A stretch of DNA of 64,000 nucleotides, from assembly GCF_963921235.1 (NCBI RefSeq), contig NC_086108.1, forward strand, positions 16,492,001 through 16,556,000, in the 5' to 3' direction. How positions within the stretch are numbered: the first letter of the stretch is position 1; each line of letters starts with the position of its first letter. Source of the stretch: Mobula hypostoma. Taxonomy: Eukaryota. The notes under the pieces were generated by a model. It saw only the letters and a program-made list of their open reading frames with translations. It was not told the origin of the DNA and made no database searches. Below are positions 44,106 through 57,149 of this stretch, piece after piece. The translations under genes were made by a program, and so were the position numbers.

Positions 44106-47100
44106 TATATAAAAATCTATATTGAAAACAAAGACACGGGCTTAAGATGAGAGAAAGGAGTTTTAAAAGGAACCTGAAGAGAAGGTGGTAGATCAGATAC
44201 AATTACTATCTTTAAGAGAAGTTTAGATAGGCACTTAAATAGGTAAGGCATAGGATACAGTCATAAAGCAGGCCAGTAGGGTTAGTGTAGATGGGCAGAA
44301 AGTTTGTCAACAACTGTGATATGACAGCTCTGGGTTTCATATTCCTTGATCTGGTATGACAGAGTTGTGGAAATAGAAGGGAACTTCTGTTGCTGCACCC
44401 TTTCCTAGAGGGAGAGTCTTAATGCTGTTACAAACAGGTAGGTTTAGTGTTAAGCAGGAAGCTGCAGTGCTGTAGGCAGGACTAAGCTGAAGCTTTCTTT
44501 CCTTATTCCAGTGATCCCAGCATTTCCATGGCAGGGATTTTTACTCATGCTCTGGAGGAGATTCCTTCTTCAAAGTATTGCATTTTGTCTTTGTAATGAC
44601 TGTGGCCACACTGAGGACTATGGGGATGTTTGAGTAATGTTATAAGGTTATGTCCAGGTATTACATGGAAATGCCAGCCTGGCTTTCAAATGATGTAATG
44701 TCTTTTGAAATGGAGCAAATGGAGAATCTTATTTTAATTTTCTAAAGCAGTAATCAACTATTTGAATTTTTCTGACCAGTCCTGTGGCTGTGCCCCAGTT
44801 TCTCATCATCCTTCTTGGGAGCTGAAAGTCACGCCTTTGGAGCTGGTCCTATATCTTTCTACCTTCTGAAATAGTGAGAAAATAAATTGGCTACAAGGAA
44901 TCAGTAACCCAATGTATAAACATGATAATTCTCGGCAAGAGGAGAAGAAGTGGCAGGAAAGTGAAGAATGTAAAGTTGGAGTTTGCTTGGCAGTGAAAGA
45001 GTTGGCATTAATTACTGAGATAACTGAACTCAGGTTATCTTGGTCAAGTTCTCCACTAAAATTGTAGGTACAGATATTCATTGAAACATACCTGCCTTCT
45101 TATTTTAAGTGTTTCTGGTAGCTATACTTGTGGACAAAATCCTGGACTTGGGCAAAGTACTTGCAGATTGGAATACCGTTTGCTACTTCTATCCACAAAT
45201 CAACAGTGAAAGTGTATTTGTGATATGGCGGTTAGGAATGTAAATTATATCTTGGATCTTGATTGCTAATGATACGAAAATAATACTGTAGTCTTTGTGA
45301 TTGAGAACACTCTGTTGAAGGGTTTGGCTGCAAACTCATGATCATGAGTTGTCCTTTTATGTACATCCAATCTAGGATGTGGGAGTTGCTGTGATGTACC
45401 CTTTGAATCATACACTGTATCAGTTTCCAGTGGCCTTACTAACACACAATGGGACACCAGCTTGTTTGAGGTCCTGGTCTGCAATGAAATGATCTGCTAA
45501 TTATTGATGTGATACTGTATCTTGTGGTGCTCCCATTGGTGTTTGTTGTATGTTCTATTTTAAATTAATTATACACAAATACAGATGTAGCTGTCAACTC
45601 TCATTGTCGGCATACTTCATATTTAAAATTTTGCTTCATTTTTCCATGAGGTTAAGTTTTAGGTGTAGTTGCCGAGAGGTATAATAGCTGCCTCCTGTTG
45701 AGGGATGAAAAATAATGACAGAGATTTCCAGCCTTGTTCATGCTTCTCCGCCCGAAACCACATCCTTAACAATCAACTTCAACATTTTACCAACCACTGA
45801 GGTCAGGCTAACTGTCCTATGATTTCCTTTCATTTGCCTCCTTTCTTGAAGTGCGGAGTGACATTTGCAAGATAGCCTTTTAGAGCAGCTTGTGGTTGAG
45901 CACACCAGGAGAAAGGCTATTCTGGATATGGTGTTATGTAATGAACTGGATTTGATTAGGGAGCTTAAGGTAAAGGAACCCTTAATATAGAAACATATGA
46001 CAGTGATAATATGATACAATTCATCCTGCAATGTGAGAAAAGTTAAAGTCAGACGTATCACTATTACAGTGGAGTAGAGGGAATTACAGAGGTATGAGAG
46101 ATGCTGGCCATAACTGACTGGAAGGGGACACTAGAAGGGACAATGGCAGTGCAGCAATGGATGGAATTTCTGGGAAAAATTTGGAAGACACAGGATAGAT
46201 GCATCCCAAATAAGTATTCTAAAGACAGAATGACCCAATAGTGATTGACAAGGGAATTCAAACCTAGCATAAAAGCAAAAGAGAGTAAAAATTAGTGGGA
46301 AGTCAGAGGATTGGGAACGTTTAAAAAGCAACTAAAAAAGCCATAAGGAGGAAAAAGATTAAATGTGAAAGTAAGCTAGCCAATAATATTAAGCAGGATA
46401 CTAAAAGCTTTTTCAGATATATAAGGAATAAAAGGGAGGCAAGAGAAGATATTGGACTGCTGGAAAATGATGCTGTAGAGGTAGTAATAGTGAGTATAGT
46501 TGTTATTACTAGGGAGAATGTGCTTGGGAAGCTGAAAGGTCTGAAGGTGGATGAGTCACCTGGACCAGAACACCCGAGAATTCTGAAAGAGGTGGCTGAT
46601 GTCATGCTCATTGGCTTGTAGTTTCCAGGCTTCTCCCTACTCTTTGAACAAAGGGACAATTAACTATCTTCCAATCTTTTGGTGCCTTGCTCATGGCAAA
46701 TGAAGATGCAACAATATCCTTATATGCAAGTGTGATATAATGGCAATAACTGAAACCTGGTTGATCTCAAATGATGGTGGTGAATATAGTAAAGGGATAT
46801 ACTTTATTTAGGAAAGATAAGCAAGATCATGAAGGTGGAGGAGTTGCCACATATATAAGAGAGAATTTAAACATGAGGCTGCTTATGATAGGAGATGAAT
46901 TGAGACTTAGTGAGAATATCTGGGTGAGAACTGAAAGCTATAAGAATAAGGAATAACATTGGGTGTATGTTATAGACTCCCTAATGCTGATTTTAATATA
47001 CAACTATCAGAATATTAAATAGTAATATTAAATATTCCATAGTAATGGAAGATTTTAATTCCCAAACATTGAGTGAGATAACCCAGTGATTAATGGATTA

Positions 47101-47147
47101 CAGGAAAGTGAATTCATTGAGTTATTGAATGATTGTTCTTTGACCCA

Positions 47148-47713
47148 GGGTGTATGGGGTGTCGGGGAGGGGTAGCACCTCTGGTGGGGGAACGTGTCAC
47201 GTCCTTTTTAAGGCGGTTAGTCCACCTTTGGTCCCCACCTGGCACTCAGCTCTCACCTGTGGCTCCCCGTAGCTGTTTGCATGCGACGGCGGCCACACCC
47301 CGGGCAACGGCTTCGACAAGCCGGCTAAACCAGGTGAGGGTAGCCGATGGGTCTCAAACCCTCGGTGAGATAGGGAGTTGTCTATCCCAGCATGTGAAGA
47401 CAGACTCCGGCGGGTTGAGCGGATGAGACCAATGGAAGGTCCAACGGTCAAGAAGGCGGTCTCTGCAAGCGTCGTGGAACATGTAGAGCAGGACAAGACA
47501 CAGAAGACATCCTGGTCATCCACTGCGCCTAGTCCCATCTCCAGCCGCCTAGACTCTGTCTTGCCACTGGACCCAGATGGGAATTGGGAAGAGAGAGTGA
47601 GGCTGACGCTGCGCAACTCTCCCTCACTTAAATCCAAATCACACGCTAGTCTCGACACCATCATTATGGTGTCGAGGTCTTCATCGACGTCAATGATGGA
47701 CGAACAACAACAA
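47148..47713 (+). mobile_element. GC-rich short non-autonomous retroelement, probably RTE-derived, with (CAA)n tail
   Basis: CpG-rich insert interrupting an old AT-rich CR1; ends gatggacgaacaacaacaa. No clear TSD. Confidence 0.55.
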
Positions 47714-48648
47714 ATGCACCAACAAGAAGGGAGGCCTGTCTAGATTTGATATTCTGTAGCAATCAAGACAGAATTTTGAGTACAAAAGTTTTTGAGTTTT
47801 CAGAAACAAGCGATCATAACATCGTTAGTTTTGAAGTTTTTCGGGAGAGTATATCAGTAAAAACCAAAGCCATTAATTTGAATTTCAGAAAGCCAAAGTT
47901 TGTGCAGAAGACAAATTGGAAGGAGCTGCTTGACATTGAGTCAGTCGAGGAACAATGGAGTTGATATAAAGAGGTAATACATGCAGTGCAGGAAATATTT
48001 ATACCTAAGGTCAGGAGAAGCAATGAAAACAATAGATCAACTACATAGATGAAAAACATTGAAGAAAAAAAAGCTATTAGGAATAGAGAAAAAATAGTAA
48101 TGGCATTAACTGTAGAGCATATGAAAATATGAGAGCTATAGTCAGGAGGGAATTCAGATTACCAAAAGGCAGGTTGGGAAGGATATTGTTGATAATGCTA
48201 GGATTGACACCAAGAATTTTTTTCAGTCAAGAAGGAAGTTAAGTGTTTTAGAAATAATAGTGGGGTGATAAATTATGCAGAGAAGGATATTAACAAATAC
48301 TCTTAACTCATATTTTGCTGAAGTATTCACCTCTGAAGAAGTTAGCAATATAGCATTAAATGTGGAGAAAGATGAGGTTGTTTTAAGTGACTTAGAGATC
48401 TTAGGAAGTGAGTTCCTTCTTCAGCTGAAAAGACTGAAAGTTAATAAATCTCCAGGGCCAGACAACATATATCTAAGGGTACTTAAAGAGGTCTGTGACC
48501 CCTAACATGTATTTTTCAAAAGGTTAATGAAGGCTGGTGAAATCCCTAAGGACTGGAAATGTTGTCTCAGAACATAAGAAGGGTGACTGCATTGACCTTG
48601 GGAGTTGTAGACTAGTAAGCTGAACATGTATTGTAGGTAAGATAATAG

Positions 48649-49876
48649 TGTTACATACCTTGTGGGTATCTTATGACCATGATGTAATTAGATTATGAGA
48701 ACACTCAGTCCTCTTTTATTGTCATTTAGAAATGCATACATGCATTAAGAAATGATACAATGTTTCTCCGGAGTGATATCACAGAGAACAAGACAGACCA
48801 AAGACTAACACTGACAGAACCACATAATTATAACATATAGTTACAGCAGTGCAAAGCAATACCATAATTTGATAAAGAACAGACCATCAGCACAGTAAAA
48901 AAAAAAGTCTCAGAAGTCCCGAGTCGATCTTGTGAGCATGATGTAATGGTCTTGTGATGGTGGTGTGATATAATTTTCCTGCCAGTGTGAGGTCACGTGA
49001 TGACATGTTCTCAACAGGTATATAACTGGAAACCCCTGTTGTTATGCAGTGGATTTGTTGTTTAATTTGTCAGTTACTCTGTTATGCTGTGTATTTGTCT
49101 CATGACGCAGTTTCATTTTAAAGTGGAGTTTTACTTTCTATTGTAAGTCTAGTATTGGAGGGTGAAGACCTTACTAAAGTACGGGAACCTGAAGGATTGA
49201 GTAAAGTTGGTGTCGTTCAGCAGTTTAATACAGGATCAACCTTATTGAATCTTCGTTCAGAAATAGTGGCCTGCATCTGAGATAACTCCTGTAAGATCAG
49301 GAAGGTTTGTGCAGTGTTCATTCGCCAGGAAAAGGTCAGTTCCTTAAAGCCATTTTATTTCCTTCGTCGTGAATCCTTTGGAAAGAATCAGCAGTAACAT
49401 CATGTCTTGGAAGAAATCCGTTTCCAGAGAAGTCTCTCCATATTGACTGTAAATCACCTGGACTTTCGAATTTACCATTTTAAGACTGTGTTCAAATTTA
49501 CCACTTTAAGAACTGTTTCAGAGTTGCCGTATAGCAGAGTTTAATAAATGTTTATGTTTGTTTTTAAAACCTGACTCAATTCTATATTCATTGTTGCTAG
49601 TCACGTGACAAAATTGGAGGCTTGTCTGGATTGTTTCGATTTTGAGCTTAAGTGCTTGTTTAATTATCAATCTGATTTGGAAAAGGGAAATACCCGATTC
49701 TTTTGTTTGATTAGTCTGTGGGTGGTATTCGGCAGCAATGAATATTGTCGAGTTTATGGCATCGCCAGACCCAGAGTTATTGGCGAAGGTGAAAAAGGGT
49801 GATGTATCTGAGATTGATAGAAGGTTGGATCGTAAAGGAATTACGAAGGTTACAACAAAGCCAGTAATTCAGAGAA
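48649..49876 (+). mobile_element. Gypsy-type 5' LTR with primer-binding site and gag start, truncated
   Basis: TGTTAC...GTGACA LTR (48649-49610) with AATAAA near 49543. Then TGGAGGCTTGTCTGGAT, resembling the tRNA-Pro PBS TGGGGGCTCGTCCGGGAT. Then ORF MNIVEFMASPDPELLAKVKK. Confidence 0.72.
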
Positions 49877-51629
49877 AGAAACATTTAATAAAGAATGAGC
49901 TGGAAAAGCAGCTGATAAGAACAGACGTGTTAGCAGAAAGCCAGCGTGGGTTTAGAAAGGGGAAATAAACTTCCATATTAATAATATGCTGGAGTTCTAT
50001 GAAGAGGCAACTAAAATTTAAGATAAGAATAGAGCAGTTGCTATCATTTGGGCCTTCAGAAGGCTTTTGACAGGGTAACCCCACAAGAGGTTAATAATCA
50101 AATTATAGAAGGTAGGGATTCAGGGTAAAATGTGCAAATGGGTGCAGAATTGGCTCAAACAAAGAAAACGACAAGGTAGGGTGAGAGGATCATTTTCACA
50201 CATAGATGTTGTTAAAAGTGGGGTCCTGCAATGATCAGTTTTGGAGTTGATACTGTTTTTAATTTACGTTAATGATTTGAATACACATAACAAATAAATT
50301 AGTAAGGTTTGCCAATGACACAAAATTAGAGGGAACAGGTTGATAACATTTCAGGCAGATGAATCAATATAGTTAGGTCTAACAAAATTCAGATGTGGGC
50401 AAATAAATGGCAGATGAAATTTAACTTAAGTAAATGTAAAATATTACATATAAGAAGTAGAAATATTAGATATAAATATATAATGGGTTCTTGAGTTAGA
50501 AAGTGCACTGTATGAGGAGGATTTGGGTAGATTTACAAGGATGTTGCCTGGATTGGGGAGCATGCCTTATGAGAATAGGTTGAGTGAACTTGGCCTTTTC
50601 TCCGTGGAGCAACGGAGGATGAGGGGTGACCTGATAGAGGTGTACAAGATAATGAGCGGCATTGATCGTGTGGCTAATCAGAGGTTTTTTCCCAGGGCTG
50701 AAATGGCTAGCATGAGAGGGCATAGCTTTAAGGTGCTTGGAGGTAGGTACAGAGGAGATGTCAGGGTTAAGTTTTTTTTTACGCAGAGAGTGGTGAGTGC
50801 GTGAAATGAGCTGCCAGCGGCGGCGCTGGAGGTGGAAACGATAGGGTCCTTTAAGAGACTCCTGGATAGGTACATGGAGCTTAGAAAAATAGAGGGCTAT
50901 GGGTAACCCTAGGTAGTTCTAAGGTAAGGACATGTTCGGCATAGCTTTGTTGGCCGAAGGGCCTGTATTGTGCTGTATGTTTCTATGTTTCTATGTTTTC
51001 TATCCTGGAAGACTCATCACTATCAATTCACAGAAGCGATTAGAAAGGCGATTAGAATGTTGGTCTATATAATGCGCTCAGTGAAGTTCAAGTCTAGAGA
51101 CGTTCTCCTTAAGCTGTATAATGCACTTGTGAGGCCATACCTTGGGTACTGTGCACAATTTAGGTCTCCATATTTTGTGAAGGCGCTGGAGAGAGTCCAG
51201 AGAAGGGTGACGAAAGCCATTCCAGGTCTGCAGGGTATGAGCTATGAAGAAAGATTGAAAGAAAGTATTTAAGCTCTTTAGCCTAAGTAGACATAGAATG
51301 AGAGGAGACATGATAGAAGTGTTCAAAATCATTAAGGGTATAAGTAAGGTGGATATCAGCAGCTACTTCAAAATTAATCCATCAATGAGGACATGGGGCT
51401 ATAGGTAGAGATTGGCTAAAGGGAGATTTCACACTAACGTCAGGAAGCATTTCTTTACACAGTGATTTGTGGACACATGTAACAAACTACCTAGTTGTGT
51501 AGTTGAGAGTCGTACCTTAAAGACTTTCAAATCTAAACTCGTTAGTTATTTCAATACACTATGTGAATAGAAACTTGGCAAGCGTTGTTGGGCTGAATAG
51601 CCTGTCCTTGTCAAAAAATTTCTGATGTT

Positions 51630-54597
51630 CCAGTGCCAGTCTCCCTCCTGGCCCTTACCTCTGCAAGTGGAAGAAGTGATACACCTACCCTTTCACCTCC
51701 TCCCTCACCTTGATTCAGGGGTCTGAAAACAGTTTGTCCAGTGAGGTAGCACTTCACCTGTGAGTCTCTCAGGGTCATCTACAGTGTCTGATGCTCTTGT
51801 TACTGTCTCTTTTACAATGATGAGACCCAGCATAGACGGGGGGACACTTTCGCCCAATCCATAACAACCAGGATTTCCCAGTGGCCAACCATTTTAATAC
51901 CAATCCTCTTTCCCATCCTGACATTTTGGCCCATGGCCTCCTCTGCTGCCACAAAGAAGCCACTCTCAGGTTTGAGGATCAACACCTTATATACCGTCTG
52001 GGTAGCTTTTAACCTGATGGTATGAATAACAATTTCTCTAACTTTTGTTGTTGTGCTTGTTTTTTTCTTACATAGAACATAGAATAGTACAGCACAGTAC
52101 AGGCCCTTCAGCCCACAATGTTGTGCCGACCCTCAAACCCTGCCTCCCATATAAAGCCCCACTTTAAATTCCTCCATATACCTGTCTAGTTCTCCCTTAA
52201 ACTTAACTAGTGTATCTGCCTCCACCACTGACTCAGGCAGTGCATTCCACACACCAACTACTCTCTGAGTAAAAAACCTTCCTCTAATATCCCCCTTGAA
52301 CTTCCCACCCCTTACCTTAAAGCCATGTCCTCTTGTATTGAGCAGTGGTGCCCTGGGAAAGAGGTGCTGGCCATCCACTCTATCTATTCCTCTTATTATC
52401 TTGTACACCCCTATCATGTCTCCTCTCATCCTCCTTCTCTCCAAAGAGTAAAGCCCTAGCTTCCTTAATCTCTGATCATAATGCATACTCTCTAAACCAG
52501 GCAGCATCCTGGTAAATCTCCTCTGTACTCTTTCCAATGCTTCCACATCTTTCCTATAGTGAGGCGACCAGAACTGGACACAGTACTCCAAGTGTGGCCT
52601 AACCAGAGTTTTATAGAGCTGCATCATTACATCGCGACTCTTAAACTCTATCCCTCGACTTATGAAAGCTAACACCCCATAAGCTTTCTTAACTGTCCTA
52701 TCCACCTGTGAGGCAACTTTCAGGGATCTGTAGACATGTACCCCCAGATCCCTCTGCTCCTCCACACTACCAAGTATCCTGCCATTTACTTTGTACTCTG
52801 CCTTGAAGTTTGTCCTTCCAAAGTGTACCACCTCACACTTCTCTGGGTTGAACTCCATCTGCCACTTCTCAGCCACTTCTTCATCCTATCAATGTCTCTC
52901 TGCAATCTTTGACAATCCTCTAAACTATCTACAACAAACTTGCCAACCCACCCTTCTACCCCCACATCTGGGTCGTTAATAAAAATCACGAAAAGTAGAG
53001 GTCCCAGAACAGATCCTTGTGGGACACCACTAGTCACAATCCTCCAATCTGAATGTACTCCCTCCACCACGACCCTCTGCCTTCTGCAGGCAAGCCAATT
53101 CTGAATCCACCTGGCCAAATTTCCCTGGATCCCATGCTGTATGACTTTCTGAATAAGCCTACCTTGTCATATGCCTTACTAAAATCCATATAGATCACAT
53201 CCACTGCACTATCCTCACCTATATGCCTGGTCACCTCCTCAAAGAACTCTATCAGGCTTGTTAGACACGATCTGCCCTTCATAAAGCCATGCTGACTATC
53301 CCTGATCAGACCACGATTCTCTAAAAGCCCAGAGATCCTATTTCTAAGAATCTTTTCCAACAGCTTTCCCACCACAGACGTAAAGCTCACTGGTCTATAA
53401 TTACCCAGACTATCCTTACTACCTTTTTTGAACAAGGGGACAACATTCGCCTCTCTCCAATCCTCCGGTACCATTCCCGTGGACAACGAGGACATGAAGA
53501 TCCTAGCCAGAGGCTCAGCAATCTCTTCCTTCACCTTGTGGAGCAGCCTGGGGAATATTCCATCAGACCCCAGGGACTTATTCATCCTAATGTATTTTAA
53601 CAACTCCAACACCTCCTCTCCCTTAATATCAACCTGCTCCAGAACATCAACCTCACTCATATTGTCCTCACCATCATCAAGTTCCCTCTGGTGAATACCG
53701 AAGAGAAGTATTCATTGAGGACCTCGCTCACTTCCACAGCCTCCAGGCACATCTTCCCACCTTTATTTCTCATCAGTCCTACCCTCACTCCTGTCATCCT
53801 TTTCTTCTTCACATAATTGAAGAATGCCTTGGGGTTTTCCTTTACCCTACTCACCAAGGCCTTCTCATGCCCCCTTCTTGCTCTTCTCAGCCCCTTCTTA
53901 AGCTCCTTTCTTGCTTCCCTATATTCCTCAATAGACCCATCTGATCCATGCTCCTAAACCTCATGTATGCTGCCTTCTTTCACCTGACTAGATTTTCCAC
54001 CTCATTTGTCACCCATGGTTCCTTCACCCTACCATTCTTTATCTTCCTCACCAGGACAAATTTATCTCTAACATCCTGCAAGAGATCTCTAAACATCGAC
54101 CACATGTCCATAGTACATTTCCTTGCAAAAACATCATTCCAATTCACACCTGCAAGTTCTTCACATCCTCCTTCCTTGCCTCTTCTTCCATTCCCCACTT
54201 TGGCTCCCTCTTACATTTTCTCTTTTCTTTATCTGCCTATTAGCTCCCTCTAGTGCCCCTTCTTCCCTTTCTCCCATGGTTCACTCTCCTATCAGATTCC
54301 TTCTTCAACTCTTTACATTTTCCATCTATCACATCCTAGATTCTCGTTTCAAACCCTTCCGCTACCCACCTTCCTTCCCCCTCACCTGGCTTACCCTATC
54401 ATCTTCTAGCTTGTACTCTTTCCCCTCTCCCCACTTAATCTAGCTTCTCCCTTCCTTACTAGGCCTGATGAAGGGTCTCAGCATGAAATGTCCAACTGTT
54501 TATTCCTTTCCATAGATGCTGCCAAAGCTGCTGAGTTCCTTCAGCATTTTGTATGTGTTACTCTGGATTTCCAGGATCTGCAGAACCTTGTGTTTAT
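51630..54597 (+). mobile_element. Decayed Penelope-like element split by a CR1 insertion
   Basis: 51630-52030 is similar to the GIY-YIG region at 9400-9815. 54160-54597 matches the pyrimidine-rich pseudo-LTR, with CTGATGAAGGGTCTCAGCATGAAA near 54465. Confidence 0.7.
52070..54150 (-). mobile_element. CR1 LINE, 5'-truncated, few frameshifts
   Basis: ORFs 53034-53660, 52786-53118 and 52133-52876 are consecutive RT segments; CATAGAA tail. Confidence 0.9.
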
Positions 54598-55499
54598 CAC
54601 AGAGCCAACTTGCACCTCTTGCCTTTGTAAGTTGCTTTTATTCGGGTGCAAGACCCTGGTTCCAGACTGAACTAAATTATTCATTTTTTAAATCTAAATT
54701 TCTATCATATAATCACTATTCCTCATGGCTTCTTAACTACCACATCATAATTTAATTCTTTATTATTATGCATTTTATGAACTAAATATATATCATGGAC
54801 ATAAATCTTAATTAATTGAAAATACAAGTTTGAGAGGGTGAAACCGCAAGTGATGTGCCATAACTGCAGTGATCAGAATGTGTGGTATCCAAGCAACTAA
54901 AGTGTCTAGATCTCATTTTAATTCAACTTTCCAAGTTGTTGTTGAGCTGCAGAAATTGTGGAAGAGGAGAGTTACATAGATGGATTGATCCATGAGTTAG
55001 GTACTGGTTAGTCTAGTTCAGTCAGGGCCAAGGGTGTATCAGGCAGCTTTGGGGATTACTGGATCAGTAATAGAAGATCTGCAACTCATGATTTTGTCTG
55101 ACAGGTGCCTGTAGGAATGAGGGAAAAGTATCATGGAGAGGGGGAATCTCACCATAAATCTGTGACAGCAGATGTTGTTCAAATGTGGTCGAAAGAACAA
55201 AACGTGTGATGGTGCAGATATTTAGGTGAATAAATATTGTTGATTAAAAATTGTGCAGATAAAATAAGTCTCACTGCAATTTAGTTTCATTTTAACAGGC
55301 TTTGAGAATGAGAGTGGGAGCAGAAACCTTTTCAAAGGTAAATTTCATTGACTGGTTATTTGAAAGGCACTTTAAGCAATAAAAGGAAGGCAAGGCTATT
55401 GTGAGAGTAGATCAGTGTAGGAGTGGGGAGTTGAGGCTTTGGCTTGAGAGGAGGCTAAGGAGAGACTGGTGAAATGTGCTAAATTTTGATTTTCAACTT

Positions 55500-56460
55500 T
55501 GCTCTTAGAATGATGCCATTGGGGAAGTCAGTTAAAGCAGTGGAATAATATTCCCGTAAGATGTGGGAGATCATTGTCTATGAAGACTACACCTGTGGGA
55601 GATGCACCCAGTTCTAACCCCTCACTGATCGTGTTAAGAACCTGGAGTTGGAGGTGGATACACTGAGGACCATATGGCATGCCGAGAGTATCATAGATCA
55701 GAGTTTCAATGAGGTGGATGATGAAAACCATACAGGATGCTGAGAGTATAGATCAGTTTCAGTCAGGTGGTCACTGCTGAACTGCAGGTTGTGGGTAGTT
55801 GAGTGACTGCCAGAAGAGGCAAGGGGACCAGTGTTTTCCTGTAGCTATTCTCTCAGCAGCAAGTATGCCCTTTCGTATGCTGCTGGTGAATGACTTTTCT
55901 GGGTAAAACAGCAGCAATCAATTCAGTGGCACTGAGGCTGCCTCTGACACTCAGTGTGTAAGGGAGAAGACAGGCAGGGTGATAGTGGTAGGTGATGTGA
56001 TTGTTGGGGAAGTGGGGGGGGGGTTAGCAGAGAGTAGATTTTGTGGCTGCAAAAGACACTAGGATGATGTGTTGCCTCCTGGGTGCCAGTGGCTGCAAAA
56101 CGTATTCAAGGAGGAAGGAGTGCAGCCAGTGTTTGTGGTGCATATTGGTAGCAATGACATAGGTAGGAAGAGGGTTACAGTCCTGCACAGTGAATTTGGA
56201 GAGTTAGAAAAAAAATTAAGGAGCAGGACTTCCCAGGTTATTAATCTCTGGATTACTGCCAGTGCCATGTGCTAGTCTGAGTAGGAACAGAAAGAGCAGA
56301 TGAAAGTGTGGCTGAGGAGCTGTTGCAGGAGACAGGGATTCAGGTTTCTGGATCAATGGTAAACTGTACAAAAAGCATGGGTTGCACCTTTACTTAAGGG
56401 GAAACCATATCCTGGCAGAAATGTTCACAGCTGCGACTCTGCAGGCATGGCACCAAGAGG
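55500..56460 (+). mobile_element. CR1 ORF1 remnant (Cys-rich and SGNH esterase-like)
   Basis: PVFVVHIGSNDIGRK and LPPG esterase-block motifs. Confidence 0.65.
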
Positions 56461-57149
56461 GATTGAAGCTAAGTTAGATATTGTGAACAGCAGTACAGTA
56501 AGGAAGGAGAGGGTGATGAACTTAAAGCATAAAGTCATAAGATATAGGAACAGAATGAGGCCATTTGGTCCATCGAGTCTGCTCCACCATTTCATCATGG
56601 CTGATCCATTTTCTTTCTCACCCCCAATCTCCTACCTTCTCCCCATATTGTTTCATGCCCTGACTAATCAAGAACCTATCAACCTTTGCCTTAAATATAC
56701 TTAATGACTTGGCTTCCACAGCTGCCTGTGGCAACAAATTCAACTGATTCGCTGCTCTCTGGCAAAAGAAATTCCTCATTATTTCTATTCTGAAAGGAAG
56801 GACACCCCTCAATTCTGAGGCTGTGCCCTCTGATCTTAGACCCCCCACCTACCATAGGAAACATTCTCTCCACATCCACTCTATAGAGGCATTTGATAGG
56901 TTTCAATAAGGTCATCCCTCATTCTTCTGAGTTCTAGTGAGTAGAGGCTACTCATATGACAAGCCTTTTAATCCTAGTATCGTTTTCGTGAACCTCCTCT
57001 GAACCCTGTCCATGCCAGCATATCCTTTCTTACATAAGGGCCCAAAACTGCTCACAATATTCCAAGTGAGGGCTTATCAGTACTTTATAAAGCCACAATA
57101 TTACATCCTTCCTTTTATATTCTAGACCTCTCAAAGTGAATGTTAACAT

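Larger units (their letters stand above)
45730..51625. mobile_element. Stack of old CR1 fragments, mostly + strand, hosting younger insertions
   Basis: Endonuclease/RT remnants (AITETW, GGGVATYI, KSPGPD, RPYLGYC). A younger CR1 3' end lies at about 50527-50998 with a (TTTCTATG)n tail. Confidence 0.7.
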
